This document shows, one piece after another, positions 55,355 through 63,938 of a stretch of 64,000 bases of DNA. The notes under the pieces are model-generated. The model made no database searches, had not been told where the DNA came from, and saw nothing but the letters and a program-made list of their open reading frames with translations. Each line of letters starts with the position of its first letter. Positions within the stretch are counted from its first letter, which is position 1. The translations under genes were made by a program, and so were the position numbers. This DNA comes from Alphaproteobacteria bacterium (lineage in GTDB: Bacteria > Pseudomonadota > Alphaproteobacteria > Micavibrionales > Micavibrionaceae), in the NCBI GenBank assembly GCA_023150415.1, contig JAKLKY010000004.1, positions 5,647 through 69,646 on the forward strand. The letters are read 5' to 3'.

Positions 55355-57013
55355 ATGTGTACAAAACAAGAACACTTCAAGCAAGCCCCTTTTCTAAAAA
55401 CCGGTTACGGTGGCATGCAAACAAGCAGGCAAGATATGGCAGAAAAACAAATTTTAAGCGATCACGTCAGAAAGAAGAAAAAACTCATTCCCCCTTTGTT
55501 AAACCTGCCAGGCGGTATGAGTCCTTATTCCTGGGCACAGGAGTTGATGCCGGACCTGCTCTGGCTGGCTCTCTTGCATGAAACACTGGGCATGCACCGT
55601 GGAGTCGAATGCGCGATTAAGGTCGTTTCAATCGCCAATGAACTGTGTTCGTGCGAGCCCAAACCCTTTTTCTGCCGGGCCGGATCGTTTTTAAAGCTGT
55701 CGGATAAGGAGAAACAGGACTTGGTGCAGACACTGCAGTCTGAAGGATATTTGGGCGATATCCGTAACGGGCTCATGCCCATCTTTCACTTTTTTCCAGA
55801 GTGTCCGTTATTGTTTTTGAAGCCTGAAAATGAGCCTCTTCCAAACAAAGAGGACGCAGAAAATCTTCTAAACAGCCTTCTGCCATCCCTGTATGACCGT
55901 TATTCCCGGACAGCCGCTTTTACACAGGCAACGGCATTATGCTCCGGTTTCGAACAGGGCAAAATAAAAATTGCCATGGAAAAAGCACCGATTTTTACAG
56001 ATTTCAATGAAATCGAAAATTATCCGAATACGGAAAAATCAGAACAGGTCGCAGCCTCCCTGCGGGCGGCAATGCCGATGCTTCTTATAGGTGCCGATAA
56101 GGATAATGAAACCGCCGATTGGATAGACAGCTTTTGGAAGGAATTATCCGGCTTCGGGGAATGCGAACTGGAAGAACAAATGCAGTATTACGACGAAGAA
56201 AATGCGGGTGACGATTTTGAAAAATGTATTTTCCGTTTTTGCAATGCGGCCAGAAGAGAGCTTCAGGAGCGGATCGACAAATGGCACTTTAACCTGAACA
56301 ATATTGAACTTTACGAAGTGATCGGCGCATTGCTGGCACGGCAGACAACCTTGGCTGTAGATCTCGCGGTTTCCCCCATGATATGGACGCCGCACTCTGC
56401 AGCCCTGTTTCACCGCGCCATGGCGGACGTCTACATCACAATCGCCTGGATTTTCAAAGATCCAGTGAAGAGATCGAAACAGTTCGTTGAAGACGGCATC
56501 GGCGCTGTCAAACTTGAAATAGAGCATAGAAAAAAAGATCAGGAAAAAAGAGATAATGACGATCCCCGCATCGATGCGATGATTGAGTTTCAGGAGAAAT
56601 GGGTTTCCTCTCAGCGTATCGCCGATCTGGTCGAAGTCAACCTCGGCTCATGGTCGGGTATTACGACACGTCAGATGGCTATCGAAGCAGATTGCCTTGA
56701 TTTTTACAATTACGTGTATCAACCGTTTAGCGCCGCAGTTCATTCAGCATGGCCTCATATCAGTGTAAAAAACCTGCAATATTGTTCAAACCCGGCACAC
56801 AGGCATCATAGAGTGCCTATCAGTGCCGATTATCAGCCCGATCCACACTTTCTTTATCTGGCGGCAAAATATCTGCAAAAAGCCTTTGCAAGATTTGATG
56901 AAGAAACAGGTGTAAAAACGGAAGCACCATCGGCTTTTGATTTGCTTTACGAAGATTTATATGGTGCGCCGGAAGATGCGGACGCTATTATCGAAGACGA
57001 AAAAGAAGCGTGA
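55355..57013 (+). CDS. Hypothetical large protein; C-terminal half resembles a DUF5677-type helical domain (unverified)
   Basis: ELYEVIGALLARQTTLAVDLAVSPMIWTPHSAALFHRAMADVYITIAWIFKDPVKRSKQFVEDG. Acidic C-terminus. Start uncertain (ATG 55355, 55415 or 55436). Confidence 0.55.
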   Translation: MCTKQEHFKQAPFLKTGYGGMQTSRQDMAEKQILSDHVRKKKKLIPPLLNLPGGMSPYSWAQELMPDLLWLALLHETLGMHRGVECAIKVVSIANELCSCEPKPFFCRAGSFLKLSDKEKQDLVQTLQSEGYLGDIRNGLMPIFHFFPECPLLFLKPENEPLPNKEDAENLLNSLLPSLYDRYSRTAAFTQATALCSGFEQGKIKIAMEKAPIFTDFNEIENYPNTEKSEQVAASLRAAMPMLLIGADKDNETADWIDSFWKELSGFGECELEEQMQYYDEENAGDDFEKCIFRFCNAARRELQERIDKWHFNLNNIELYEVIGALLARQTTLAVDLAVSPMIWTPHSAALFHRAMADVYITIAWIFKDPVKRSKQFVEDGIGAVKLEIEHRKKDQEKRDNDDPRIDAMIEFQEKWVSSQRIADLVEVNLGSWSGITTRQMAIEADCLDFYNYVYQPFSAAVHSAWPHISVKNLQYCSNPAHRHHRVPISADYQPDPHFLYLAAKYLQKAFARFDEETGVKTEAPSAFDLLYEDLYGAPEDADAIIEDEKEA

Positions 57014-57037
57014 TATTTCAAGAATTGGCATAGAAGG

Positions 57038-57490
57038 ATGAAACAGTTTAAAGACACACAAAGGGTCGGAGAATTTTGTATAGAAGGAAATTATCTACCA
57101 GGAGACTTAAAACTTAACGGATCGGAAACCACGTTAGAATTGCATTCAAAATCCGAGTTGCAAGGTACGCTGGAAAGGCACGGTGATATCCACGGGGTAT
57201 TGGGCGGTAATGAAAAAGTTTCTTTATTGGACTGCATAACAAGAAACTACAGCAGTAATTATAGCGGGGTTTCTGATGAACGGCGTTTTTCTGCATTTAT
57301 CTTTCCGCATTATGCTGTATTCGGACCGCTCCACATAAATCGCTCAGAACCAAAAATAACGGCATTGAATTTTGTTATTCAGGATGCGACAGAGCTCTTT
57401 TATGATTTTGGAGCTTTTGGGACAATTCTCAATAAAGACCTTGATATAAAATCAACGCTTGAACAGGTACTGTGTCATCCACACCGATAA
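57038..57490 (+). pseudogene. N-terminal-domain-only fragment resembling ApeA-type (HEPN-associated) NTD
   Basis: GEFCIEGNYLPGDLKLNGSETTLELHS...IHGVLGGNEKVSLLDCITRNYSS...FIFPHYAVFG follows the ApeA_NTD1 pattern as I recall it. It stops after 150 aa with no effector domain. Confidence 0.4.
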
Positions 57491-57857
57491 AACACAAAAG
57501 CTGACGCCGGAAGATACGCTCAAATTTCATGAACGCTATGTAGAAAACCTGATTAAATGGTTTGAGATTGATTTATCAGGGCCACGAGTTGTTTTATCGC
57601 ATCACGCACCAATACCAGGGCCGACAGGATTAAACCGTCATGGGATGAGGGAGATTGAACCAGCATACACGTCCCGAGATATGATCAAAATTATTGATCA
57701 GTATCAGCCCGATCTCTGGGTTTACGGCCACACACATCAGCCCAATGATCAGATCTTTGGCAAAACCCGGATAATTTCTAATCCGCGCGGTTATGCCTTC
57801 AGGCACGAGCTGTGCGAAGGTTTCGCCCCTTACGGCAAGCCGGTGGAGGTCAAATGA
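57459..57857 (+). pseudogene. C-terminal fragment of a calcineurin-like metallophosphoesterase
   Basis: Has VVLSHHAP and LWVYGHTHQP (late MPE motifs) but lacks the DxH / GDxxD / GNH(D/E) N-terminal motifs. Overlaps the preceding fragment in another frame. Confidence 0.6.
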
Positions 57858-57910
57858 ACGACAGCGAAAAAATAAAGCACGAGCAGTGAATGTCACTCTC
57901 TGTCCTGCCC

Positions 57911-59353
57911 TTACTTTACCTCCGTTAAGTATCCTGTCCGACCAGAACAAGGATAGCCATTTTTGTTTTTATGCTTATTAAGCTTGGAATCGTTTTTGCT
58001 GCGTGTGAATTTTTTCTGACACATAGGGCATTGAAAAACGTATTTAGGCCCGAAAGAAGAAGATCCTGCTCTTCTGACAGGCCGGGTTGCTCTTCGGATG
58101 GGTGTACCGAATGGTTTTATTTTTCTGGATTCGGCAACGGTCGGAGCCAGAACGACAGGTCCGCCCGAGGTCAGTTCAACCTCATAACGCGGCGTAAAGG
58201 CCCTGTTCGTCACGCGCGCCCCACGAATACGGTCCGTACGGTAGCTTCTATGTTCCCCATTCTCAACTTTAATGCCGTGCAAAATCACATCACCATTTTG
58301 TGTGGATCTCAGGGAATAAGGTTCAATGATAGGAGATGAATGACGGCCTTTATCATCAACATAGTCCAGTTCAACACACAATCTGTTGGCCGCCGCGAAG
58401 CGGATTATTTCAAGATGCTGTGCGCCATGCCTTACGGTCAAGCTGCGGCCAGGGCGCTCGCGGATAATCGTTTCGCCGGGCTTTAAAGGGTACGCTGTCG
58501 GAATGACCGGCTCGTGTCCATGTTCAATCCACTCAAAAATCGCGGGTAACTCGTTCCAGTAACTTTCAACCGGCGGAAGGTTCGGCAACTGGTGTCCCAG
58601 CATACTCGCCCACGAGCCTTCCAGGCTTTCTTTGTGTGATTCAAGATCGGCCAAAACCGGAACGGAAATCCCTTTAAATTCACATTTCTGCCGCAGAATA
58701 TCGAGAAGAACGCCTGCCGCCGGTTTGATGGTTGAGTTTCTGAACAGATTGACCACATCGTATAAATCGCGGGGGCGGGTTCTTTCCGCCAATGCCCTGA
58801 ATTTTTCGCCGAACACTTCTTCATAGACGTAGCAAAGCGCCTGAATACCGCCCTCCGGCTCATCCGAATAAGGGTGGTAAACGGGCTGCAGCGCAGGTGA
58901 CAACACAAGTTTTTCATCGGCTGTCAGATCAAGTTTGATTTTTGGATAGCCGCCTGAGGTCGGCGAAACAGGGCCGCGATAAGAAACTTTCCCCTGGCAT
59001 GATATTTTTCCGCGCGGATTTGTGTAGATATCAAAGGACAGGCCGTCTTTCGGAACCTCGATCCCCGTCTGTTCATATACCCATTCGGCTATGGTTTCGA
59101 ATGTGCCGCGCAGGAAATCTTTGTCAATCTGGCTTTCATCGATCAGCGTGAAATCGAGATCCTCGGAAAACCGGTATGTTTCGAAATAGCATTTTTTAAG
59201 ACAGGTTCCGCCCTTGAACACCCAGTTTTTATTTATTGCCGGATGATTATAGATACCGGCCAGCAGCCACCCCAAGACGTAATCTTTCTCGATAACGTCC
59301 GGGCGCAGGCTTACGGTGGCGGCCATGGCCAGAATTTCACGGCGGTCGATCAT
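57911..59353 (-). CDS. abiEii: AbiEii/DUF1814 nucleotidyltransferase toxin fused to a WYL-like domain and a C-terminal zinc ribbon
   Basis: IEKDYVLGWLL, FKGGTCLKK, FSEDLDF (NTase) in aa 1-300. aa ~305-392 has IIEPYSLRSTQNGDVILHGIKVENGEHRSYRTDRIRGARVTNRAFTPRY (WYL-type). aa 441-470 has CPMC...H...C. Confidence 0.85.
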   Translation of the reverse strand: MIDRREILAMAATVSLRPDVIEKDYVLGWLLAGIYNHPAINKNWVFKGGTCLKKCYFETYRFSEDLDFTLIDESQIDKDFLRGTFETIAEWVYEQTGIEVPKDGLSFDIYTNPRGKISCQGKVSYRGPVSPTSGGYPKIKLDLTADEKLVLSPALQPVYHPYSDEPEGGIQALCYVYEEVFGEKFRALAERTRPRDLYDVVNLFRNSTIKPAAGVLLDILRQKCEFKGISVPVLADLESHKESLEGSWASMLGHQLPNLPPVESYWNELPAIFEWIEHGHEPVIPTAYPLKPGETIIRERPGRSLTVRHGAQHLEIIRFAAANRLCVELDYVDDKGRHSSPIIEPYSLRSTQNGDVILHGIKVENGEHRSYRTDRIRGARVTNRAFTPRYEVELTSGGPVVLAPTVAESRKIKPFGTPIRRATRPVRRAGSSSFGPKYVFQCPMCQKKFTRSKNDSKLNKHKNKNGYPCSGRTGYLTEVK

Positions 59354-59365
59354 GGGTTCCTTCCG

Positions 59366-60154
59366 TTAAGCCCAGGTTTCGGGAATCCAGAGATTCCATT
59401 TACTGATCAAACGCGGGCTGGAAATAGCGGGATCAAGCTTGGCGTTTCCGGTTGTCATGCGGTCACGGCAGGGCTGAAGTAAAGCTTCGACGCCTGCTTG
59501 TTCTGCCAGAAAACCAAGCCTCTTGAATACGGCACCGTTTCCAAGCCGTGCGGCATAATCAATCAATTGATTTATATCCGATTCTTGATCTTTCAGGTAG
59601 GCTTTAAGGCATTCAAAAACATGCGTGATGCCGCCGCCCGTTTCCGGCGTATCGAGCATATCGACAATCGTGCGGTGCTTATCGGAGATGGACAGCTTTG
59701 TGCCGCCGCGCCATAGCGTTTTAAGGCCGAACAGATTTTCTTCTTTCGTGTGCTTCAGCGCAAAATCCGTTCCATGATAGGTCTGCGTTTTATGACGCAC
59801 TTCATGAGTTGTGAAAACGAAGATGCTGCGGAATATTTGTTCCGTGAAATCGTGGTGGCCCGCCGCCGTCCATCCGCCGATATAACAAGGTCCGAAAAGT
59901 GAAGGAGCCAGTATCCAAGGGTCTTCGATAACCTGTTGCGTTGTAAGGGCGTCCAGCGGCACAGGTGCGTAAAGACCGGGACCGACCCGCGCCAGCCAGC
60001 CTTGATGCGTCCAGCGGGCCAGCATTTTGGCAGCGTCCTGCCTTTCAAGGTCAAGTGCCTCCGCAGCGTCATCAATAGACACCAGCCTTCCTGCCGCCTG
60101 CAAAACAGTGGAAAGCCGCGCCCGGCCTTGACTTATAGAAGTTTCCTGTTCCAT
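59366..60154 (-). CDS. abiEi: AbiEi family type IV antitoxin / transcriptional regulator
   Basis: N-terminal wHTH (VSIDDAAEALDLERQDAAKMLARWTHQGWLARVGPGLY) and C-terminal AbiEi domain. ATG 60154 preferred over GTG 60181. Confidence 0.8.
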   Translation of the reverse strand: MEQETSISQGRARLSTVLQAAGRLVSIDDAAEALDLERQDAAKMLARWTHQGWLARVGPGLYAPVPLDALTTQQVIEDPWILAPSLFGPCYIGGWTAAGHHDFTEQIFRSIFVFTTHEVRHKTQTYHGTDFALKHTKEENLFGLKTLWRGGTKLSISDKHRTIVDMLDTPETGGGITHVFECLKAYLKDQESDINQLIDYAARLGNGAVFKRLGFLAEQAGVEALLQPCRDRMTTGNAKLDPAISSPRLISKWNLWIPETWA

Positions 60155-60213
60155 TGCTATACTATTGCTCCGTTTTTTCACGAAAAACGTGAATTTATAG
60201 ATTAATAATATAG
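60151..60213. repeat. 63-bp abiE promoter/operator unit, proximal copy (contains TTCACG-N5-CGTGAA)
   Basis: Near-identical to 60237-60299 at an 86-bp offset. This copy ends in the abiEi ATG. Confidence 0.6.
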
Positions 60214-60236
60214 TAAAAACCTTACGATTGCACGAA

Positions 60237-60299
60237 CAATAGCTATACTATCGATCCATTTTTTCACGAAAAATGTGAATTTATGGATCAGTAATATAG
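60237..60299. repeat. 63-bp abiE promoter/operator unit, distal copy (contains TTCACG-N5-TGTGAA)
   Basis: Same unit as 60151-60213. ATT replaces the ATG at the equivalent position. Confidence 0.6.
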
Positions 60300-60441
60300 C
60301 AGAGTTAACGCAAGTAGGGGGAGGATCGGTTTAAATTTTCGCCGATAAGGGTACTCACAGTACCGTTACAGCAACAAATTTAAACCCTGAGGCCTGACGC
60401 CGATGCACCACTTATTTTCGCTTGTTTTCGAAGGGGTTGTA

Positions 60442-60496
60442 AGGAATTTGCTTCCGGATTGCTTCCAAATCCGATGCAGGGTATCGATCTGCATCG
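60442..60496. repeat. Arm-type repeat, right copy (partner at 984-1028)
   Basis: AGGAATTTGCTTCCGGATTGCTTCCAAATCCGATGCAGGGTATCGATCTGCATCG, 43 bp inside attR. Confidence 0.5.
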
Positions 60497-60539
60497 CATC
60501 GAAACACCAATTAAGTCATTGAAATATAAAGAAAAAAAT

Positions 60540-60616
<77 letters not shown>

Positions 60617-60709
60617 ATAAACCGAGTGAGAGTGCTTATATAGTGCTTATTAACGAAAAGCAAGTCTGCAAACATTGCTCTCATTCCTGGAAACTGTGTA
60701 CAACGGAGC

Positions 60710-61798
60710 ATGGTAAAAAAAGCAGGGCATATCGCGGTCGCAGGGGCGGGGGTCATTGGCCTGTGCGTCGCGCTGGCGGCGGCGCGCGCCGGGCATCGGG
60801 TTACGATTTACGACCCTGGCGGCTTTCCGGCGCTGGGCAGCGCCAGCGCCATAGCCGGGGGGATGCTGGCCCCCTTTGCCGAGGCTGATCACATGCCCGC
60901 CCCGTGGGTGGCCGCAGGGCTGCGCAGCATTGAATTGTGGCAGGAGCTGGAGGCTTTTTGCGGCACGGATTTCGGGCTGCGCCGGGCGGGGTCTTTGCTG
61001 GTGGCACATGGGGCGGATGCGCATATTCTGGCGCGGTTTCAGACCTATTTGCGTGCGCATGGGGATTTTCTCTGGCTGCGCGCGCCGGAGATTGCGGAGC
61101 ATGCGCCGATGCTGGGCGCTGGTTTCGATGCCGGACTTTACTTGCCGCAGGAGGCGCATCTGAACCCGGCGGCGGCGCTGACGGCGCTGGTGGATGCTCT
61201 GCGCGATCAGAATGTGATGTTGGTGGAGCAGGCGGTTGAACCGGCGACGCTGGCGGATGATTATGCGGCCGTCATCGATTGCCGCGGTATGGATGCGGCG
61301 CGGGATGAGCCGGAACTGCGCGGTGTGAAAGGCGAGGTTGCGATGATCCGCAATCCGGATTTCACGTTGGATCTGCCGGTGCGGGTAATGCATCCCCGCT
61401 ATTCGCTTTATGTGGTGCCGCAACCCGAACACGTGTTTATCATCGGCGCAACGCAAATTGAAAGCGAGGCAGATACGCATGTCAGTTTACGCTCGGCGCT
61501 GGAGTTGCTGAGCGCGCTGTCATCCCTGCATCCCAGTTTTTTGAATGCGCAAATTATTGCGCTGCGCGCCGGCATTCGTCCGACTTATCCCGATAATCTG
61601 CCGCGTATCACGCACAAGGGAAAGGTGATAGCCTGTAACGGCGCGTTTCGCCATGGTTGGCTGTTGGCGCCGGTGATGGCGGAATGTGTGGTTGCGCATC
61701 TTGCGGGCGCGGCCCATAAATATATCTCACTGTTTTGGAGAAATCATGATCACGATCACCATCAACGGCCACAGCAAAACCTTTCCTGCCGCGCTTGA
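60710..61798 (+). CDS. thiO: Glycine oxidase ThiO (host copy)
   Basis: IAVAGAGVIGL FAD fold, upstream of thiS-thiG, GC-rich host-type composition. The 3' end overlaps thiS by ~50 nt. Confidence 0.88.
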   Translation: MVKKAGHIAVAGAGVIGLCVALAAARAGHRVTIYDPGGFPALGSASAIAGGMLAPFAEADHMPAPWVAAGLRSIELWQELEAFCGTDFGLRRAGSLLVAHGADAHILARFQTYLRAHGDFLWLRAPEIAEHAPMLGAGFDAGLYLPQEAHLNPAAALTALVDALRDQNVMLVEQAVEPATLADDYAAVIDCRGMDAARDEPELRGVKGEVAMIRNPDFTLDLPVRVMHPRYSLYVVPQPEHVFIIGATQIESEADTHVSLRSALELLSALSSLHPSFLNAQIIALRAGIRPTYPDNLPRITHKGKVIACNGAFRHGWLLAPVMAECVVAHLAGAAHKYISLFWRNHDHDHHQRPQQNLSCRA

Positions 61799-61949
61799 TA
61801 TCGCGGCGTTACTGGCGCAAGAAGGCTATGCCGGCATGACCGTGGCCGTGGCGCGCAACGGTACGTTTGTGCCGAAAGCAAAACAAAGCCAGACGGCTGT
61901 ACAAAATGGCGATACGATTGATATCGTCGCGCCGATGCAGGGGGGATAA
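61746..61949 (+). CDS. thiS: Thiamine sulfur-carrier protein ThiS
   Basis: 67 aa, MITITINGH...DIVAPMQGG (C-terminal GG). Start at the internal ATG of ORF 61686-61949. Confidence 0.8.
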   Translation: MITITINGHSKTFPAALDIAALLAQEGYAGMTVAVARNGTFVPKAKQSQTAVQNGDTIDIVAPMQGG

Positions 61950-61958
61950 CGCATACCC

Positions 61959-62741
61959 ATGCAGATCTTCGATCAAACACTACACGCCCGCCTCTTTCTG
62001 GGCACGGCGCAATATCCGTCGCCGGAGATTTTGCAGCGCGCGATCGAAGCGGCGCGACCGGGATTGATCACCGTGTCTTTAAGGCGGGAGAGCGCGGCCG
62101 GGCACGGGCAGAAATTCTGGGATCTTATCAAGAACACAGGCATTCCCGTTCTGCCCAACACTGCCGGATGCCACAGCGCGGCCGAGGCCGTGACCACCGC
62201 CCAGATGGCGCGCGAGATCTTTGAGACGGATTGGATCAAACTCGAAGTCATCGGCGATGATTACATGCTGCAGCCTGATCCGTTTGGTCTGATTGACGCG
62301 GCGGAGAAACTCAACGCGCTGGGCTTTACCGTTTTCCCCTACATGACGGAGGATCTTGTGCTGGCGCAGCGTCTGGTGGATGCGGGGTGCAAGATCCTGA
62401 TGCCCTGGGGGGCGCCCATCGGCTCGGGCCGCGGGTTGAATAATCCTTATGCGTTGAAATTGCTGCGCCAGAGATTCCCGCAGCAAATCATGGTTGTCGA
62501 TGCAGGATTAGGCGCGCCATCACACGCGGCAGCGGCGATGGAGCTGGGCTATGACGCCGTGCTGGTCAATACGGCGGTGGCGAAGGCGGGCGATCCGGTG
62601 GCAATGGCGCGCGGTTTTGCGCAGGCGGTCGCAGCGGGGCGCGCCGGGTATGAGGCTGGAATTATCGCGCCACAGGACAATGCTACGCCGTCAACGCCTT
62701 TGATTGATCGTCCCTTTTGGCATCAAGCCAAAGGCGGCTAA
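61959..62741 (+). CDS. thiG: Thiazole synthase ThiG
   Basis: [10 protein letters not shown]...NTAGC...IKLEVIGD...VFPY...[13 protein letters not shown]...[12 protein letters not shown] is the canonical ThiG pattern. Confidence 0.93.
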   Translation: MQIFDQTLHARLFLGTAQYPSPEILQRAIEAARPGLITVSLRRESAAGHGQKFWDLIKNTGIPVLPNTAGCHSAAEAVTTAQMAREIFETDWIKLEVIGDDYMLQPDPFGLIDAAEKLNALGFTVFPYMTEDLVLAQRLVDAGCKILMPWGAPIGSGRGLNNPYALKLLRQRFPQQIMVVDAGLGAPSHAAAAMELGYDAVLVNTAVAKAGDPVAMARGFAQAVAAGRAGYEAGIIAPQDNATPSTPLIDRPFWHQAKGG

Positions 62742-63193
62742 CGCCGCGCCTGGAAAAAATCGCGCAGGATCTGCCCGCATTCATCAGATAAAATTCCGTC
62801 CGTCACGCTGGGCCGCCAGTGGCAGGTCGGCTGTTCAAAAAATTTGACACCATTGATAATGGCACCGCCTTTGGGATCGGACGCACCGAACACAACGCGG
62901 TCGATGCGGGCGAAGCTGATGGCCGCTGCGCATTGCGTACAAGGCTCCAGCGTCACGTAGAGAACTGTGCCCGGAATACGCTGCGCGCCGCGTCGGGCGC
63001 AGATTTCGCGGATCACCAGCAATTCGGCATGGGCGCTGGGGTCATGGCGGGCGATGGTTTCATTTCCAGCGCAGGCCAAGATTTCACCGCTGGCGGCATC
63101 GACCAGCACAGCGCCAATTGGCACTTCGGCCCGGGCTGCCGCTTTCCGGGCCTCTTCCAGCGCGAGGCGCATTGCCGTAAGATCATCCACCAT
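62738..63193 (-). CDS. tadA: tRNA adenosine(34) deaminase TadA
   Basis: HAELLVI and [11 protein letters not shown] (H-A-E / P-C-x2-C zinc site). Start set at MVDDLTAM (63193). The upstream ORF extension is a GC-rich shadow frame. Confidence 0.88.
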   Translation of the reverse strand: MVDDLTAMRLALEEARKAAARAEVPIGAVLVDAASGEILACAGNETIARHDPSAHAELLVIREICARRGAQRIPGTVLYVTLEPCTQCAAAISFARIDRVVFGASDPKGGAIINGVKFFEQPTCHWRPSVTDGILSDECGQILRDFFQARR

Positions 63194-63938
63194 GAGCACA
63201 GAAAAGCACAAAGGGGAGCGGATTGCCAAGCGGATTGCGCGGGCCGGCATTTGTTCGCGCCGTGAGGCCGAGGCGATGATCGAACAGGGACGGGTCAGCC
63301 TGAATGGCACCGTTCTCAAGAGCCCAGCCGTCAATGTGCAGGAAAGCGATGATATCCGCGTCGATGGCAAAGCTCTGCCAAAGGCAGAAGCTACGCGCCT
63401 GTTCCTGTATCACAAGCCGGCCGGGCTGGTGACAACGCGTTCGGATGAAAAAGGCCGCGCCACGGTGTTTGCCAGCCTGCCTCCGGGCCTGCCGCGTGTG
63501 GTGAGTGTGGGACGGCTCGATTTGAATACGGAGGGATTACTTTTGCTGACGAATGATGGGGGACTGGCGCGGTATTTGGAATTGCCTGCAACGGGTTGGC
63601 AGCGTCGCTACCGCGTGCGGGTGCATGGGCGTGTTGATGAACAGCGCCTGGCGGCGCTGAAGGATGGTTTAACGCTCGATGGTGTGCGCTATCGCGCTAT
63701 TATCGCCAAGTTGGAAAAGACACAGGGCAGCAATGCCTGGCTGAATGTGCAGATCCGCGAAGGCAAAAATCGTGAAATTCGTAAGGTCATGGAATCACTA
63801 GGACTTCAGGTCACACGGTTGATCCGCACAGATTTCGGTCCGTTCAGTATCGGAACTTTGAGCAGCGGTTCCGTGGCCGAGGTGCCGCCAAAAACACTGC
63901 ACGATCAGATCGCCGGGTATTTTAAAAAGGGAGGCTAG
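63192..63938 (+). CDS. Pseudouridine synthase, RsuA/RluB family
   Basis: S4 domain (RIAKRIARAGICSRREAEAMIEQGRVSLNG) plus catalytic GRLDLNTEGLLLLTNDG. Start at ATG 63192. Confidence 0.8.
   Translation: MSTEKHKGERIAKRIARAGICSRREAEAMIEQGRVSLNGTVLKSPAVNVQESDDIRVDGKALPKAEATRLFLYHKPAGLVTTRSDEKGRATVFASLPPGLPRVVSVGRLDLNTEGLLLLTNDGGLARYLELPATGWQRRYRVRVHGRVDEQRLAALKDGLTLDGVRYRAIIAKLEKTQGSNAWLNVQIREGKNREIRKVMESLGLQVTRLIRTDFGPFSIGTLSSGSVAEVPPKTLHDQIAGYFKKGG

Larger units (their letters stand above)
858..60539. mobile_element. tRNA-fMet-integrated genomic island (~59.7 kb): P4-like backbone plus anaerobic-respiration and copper cargo
   Basis: Bounded by direct repeats of the tRNA 3' half. It has an integrase at one end, a primase-helicase, AlpA and AbiE at the other, matching arm repeats inside both ends, and a composition by eye unlike the flanking thi/tadA genes. 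Confidence 0.7.

Noticed and set aside
60617-60709. TPP (THI-box) riboswitch expected upstream of thiO-thiS-thiG.
   Set aside because: The conserved CTGAGA ... ACCTGATCTGGATAATGCCAGCG-type core is not visible in the 93-bp gap between the tRNA and thiO.
60650-61480. 276-aa minus-strand ORF rich in Arg, Pro and Gln, plus the overlapping ORFs at 60801-61239.
   Set aside because: They are antisense or out-of-frame within the GC-rich thiO gene. The composition is characteristic of GC-rich shadow ORFs.
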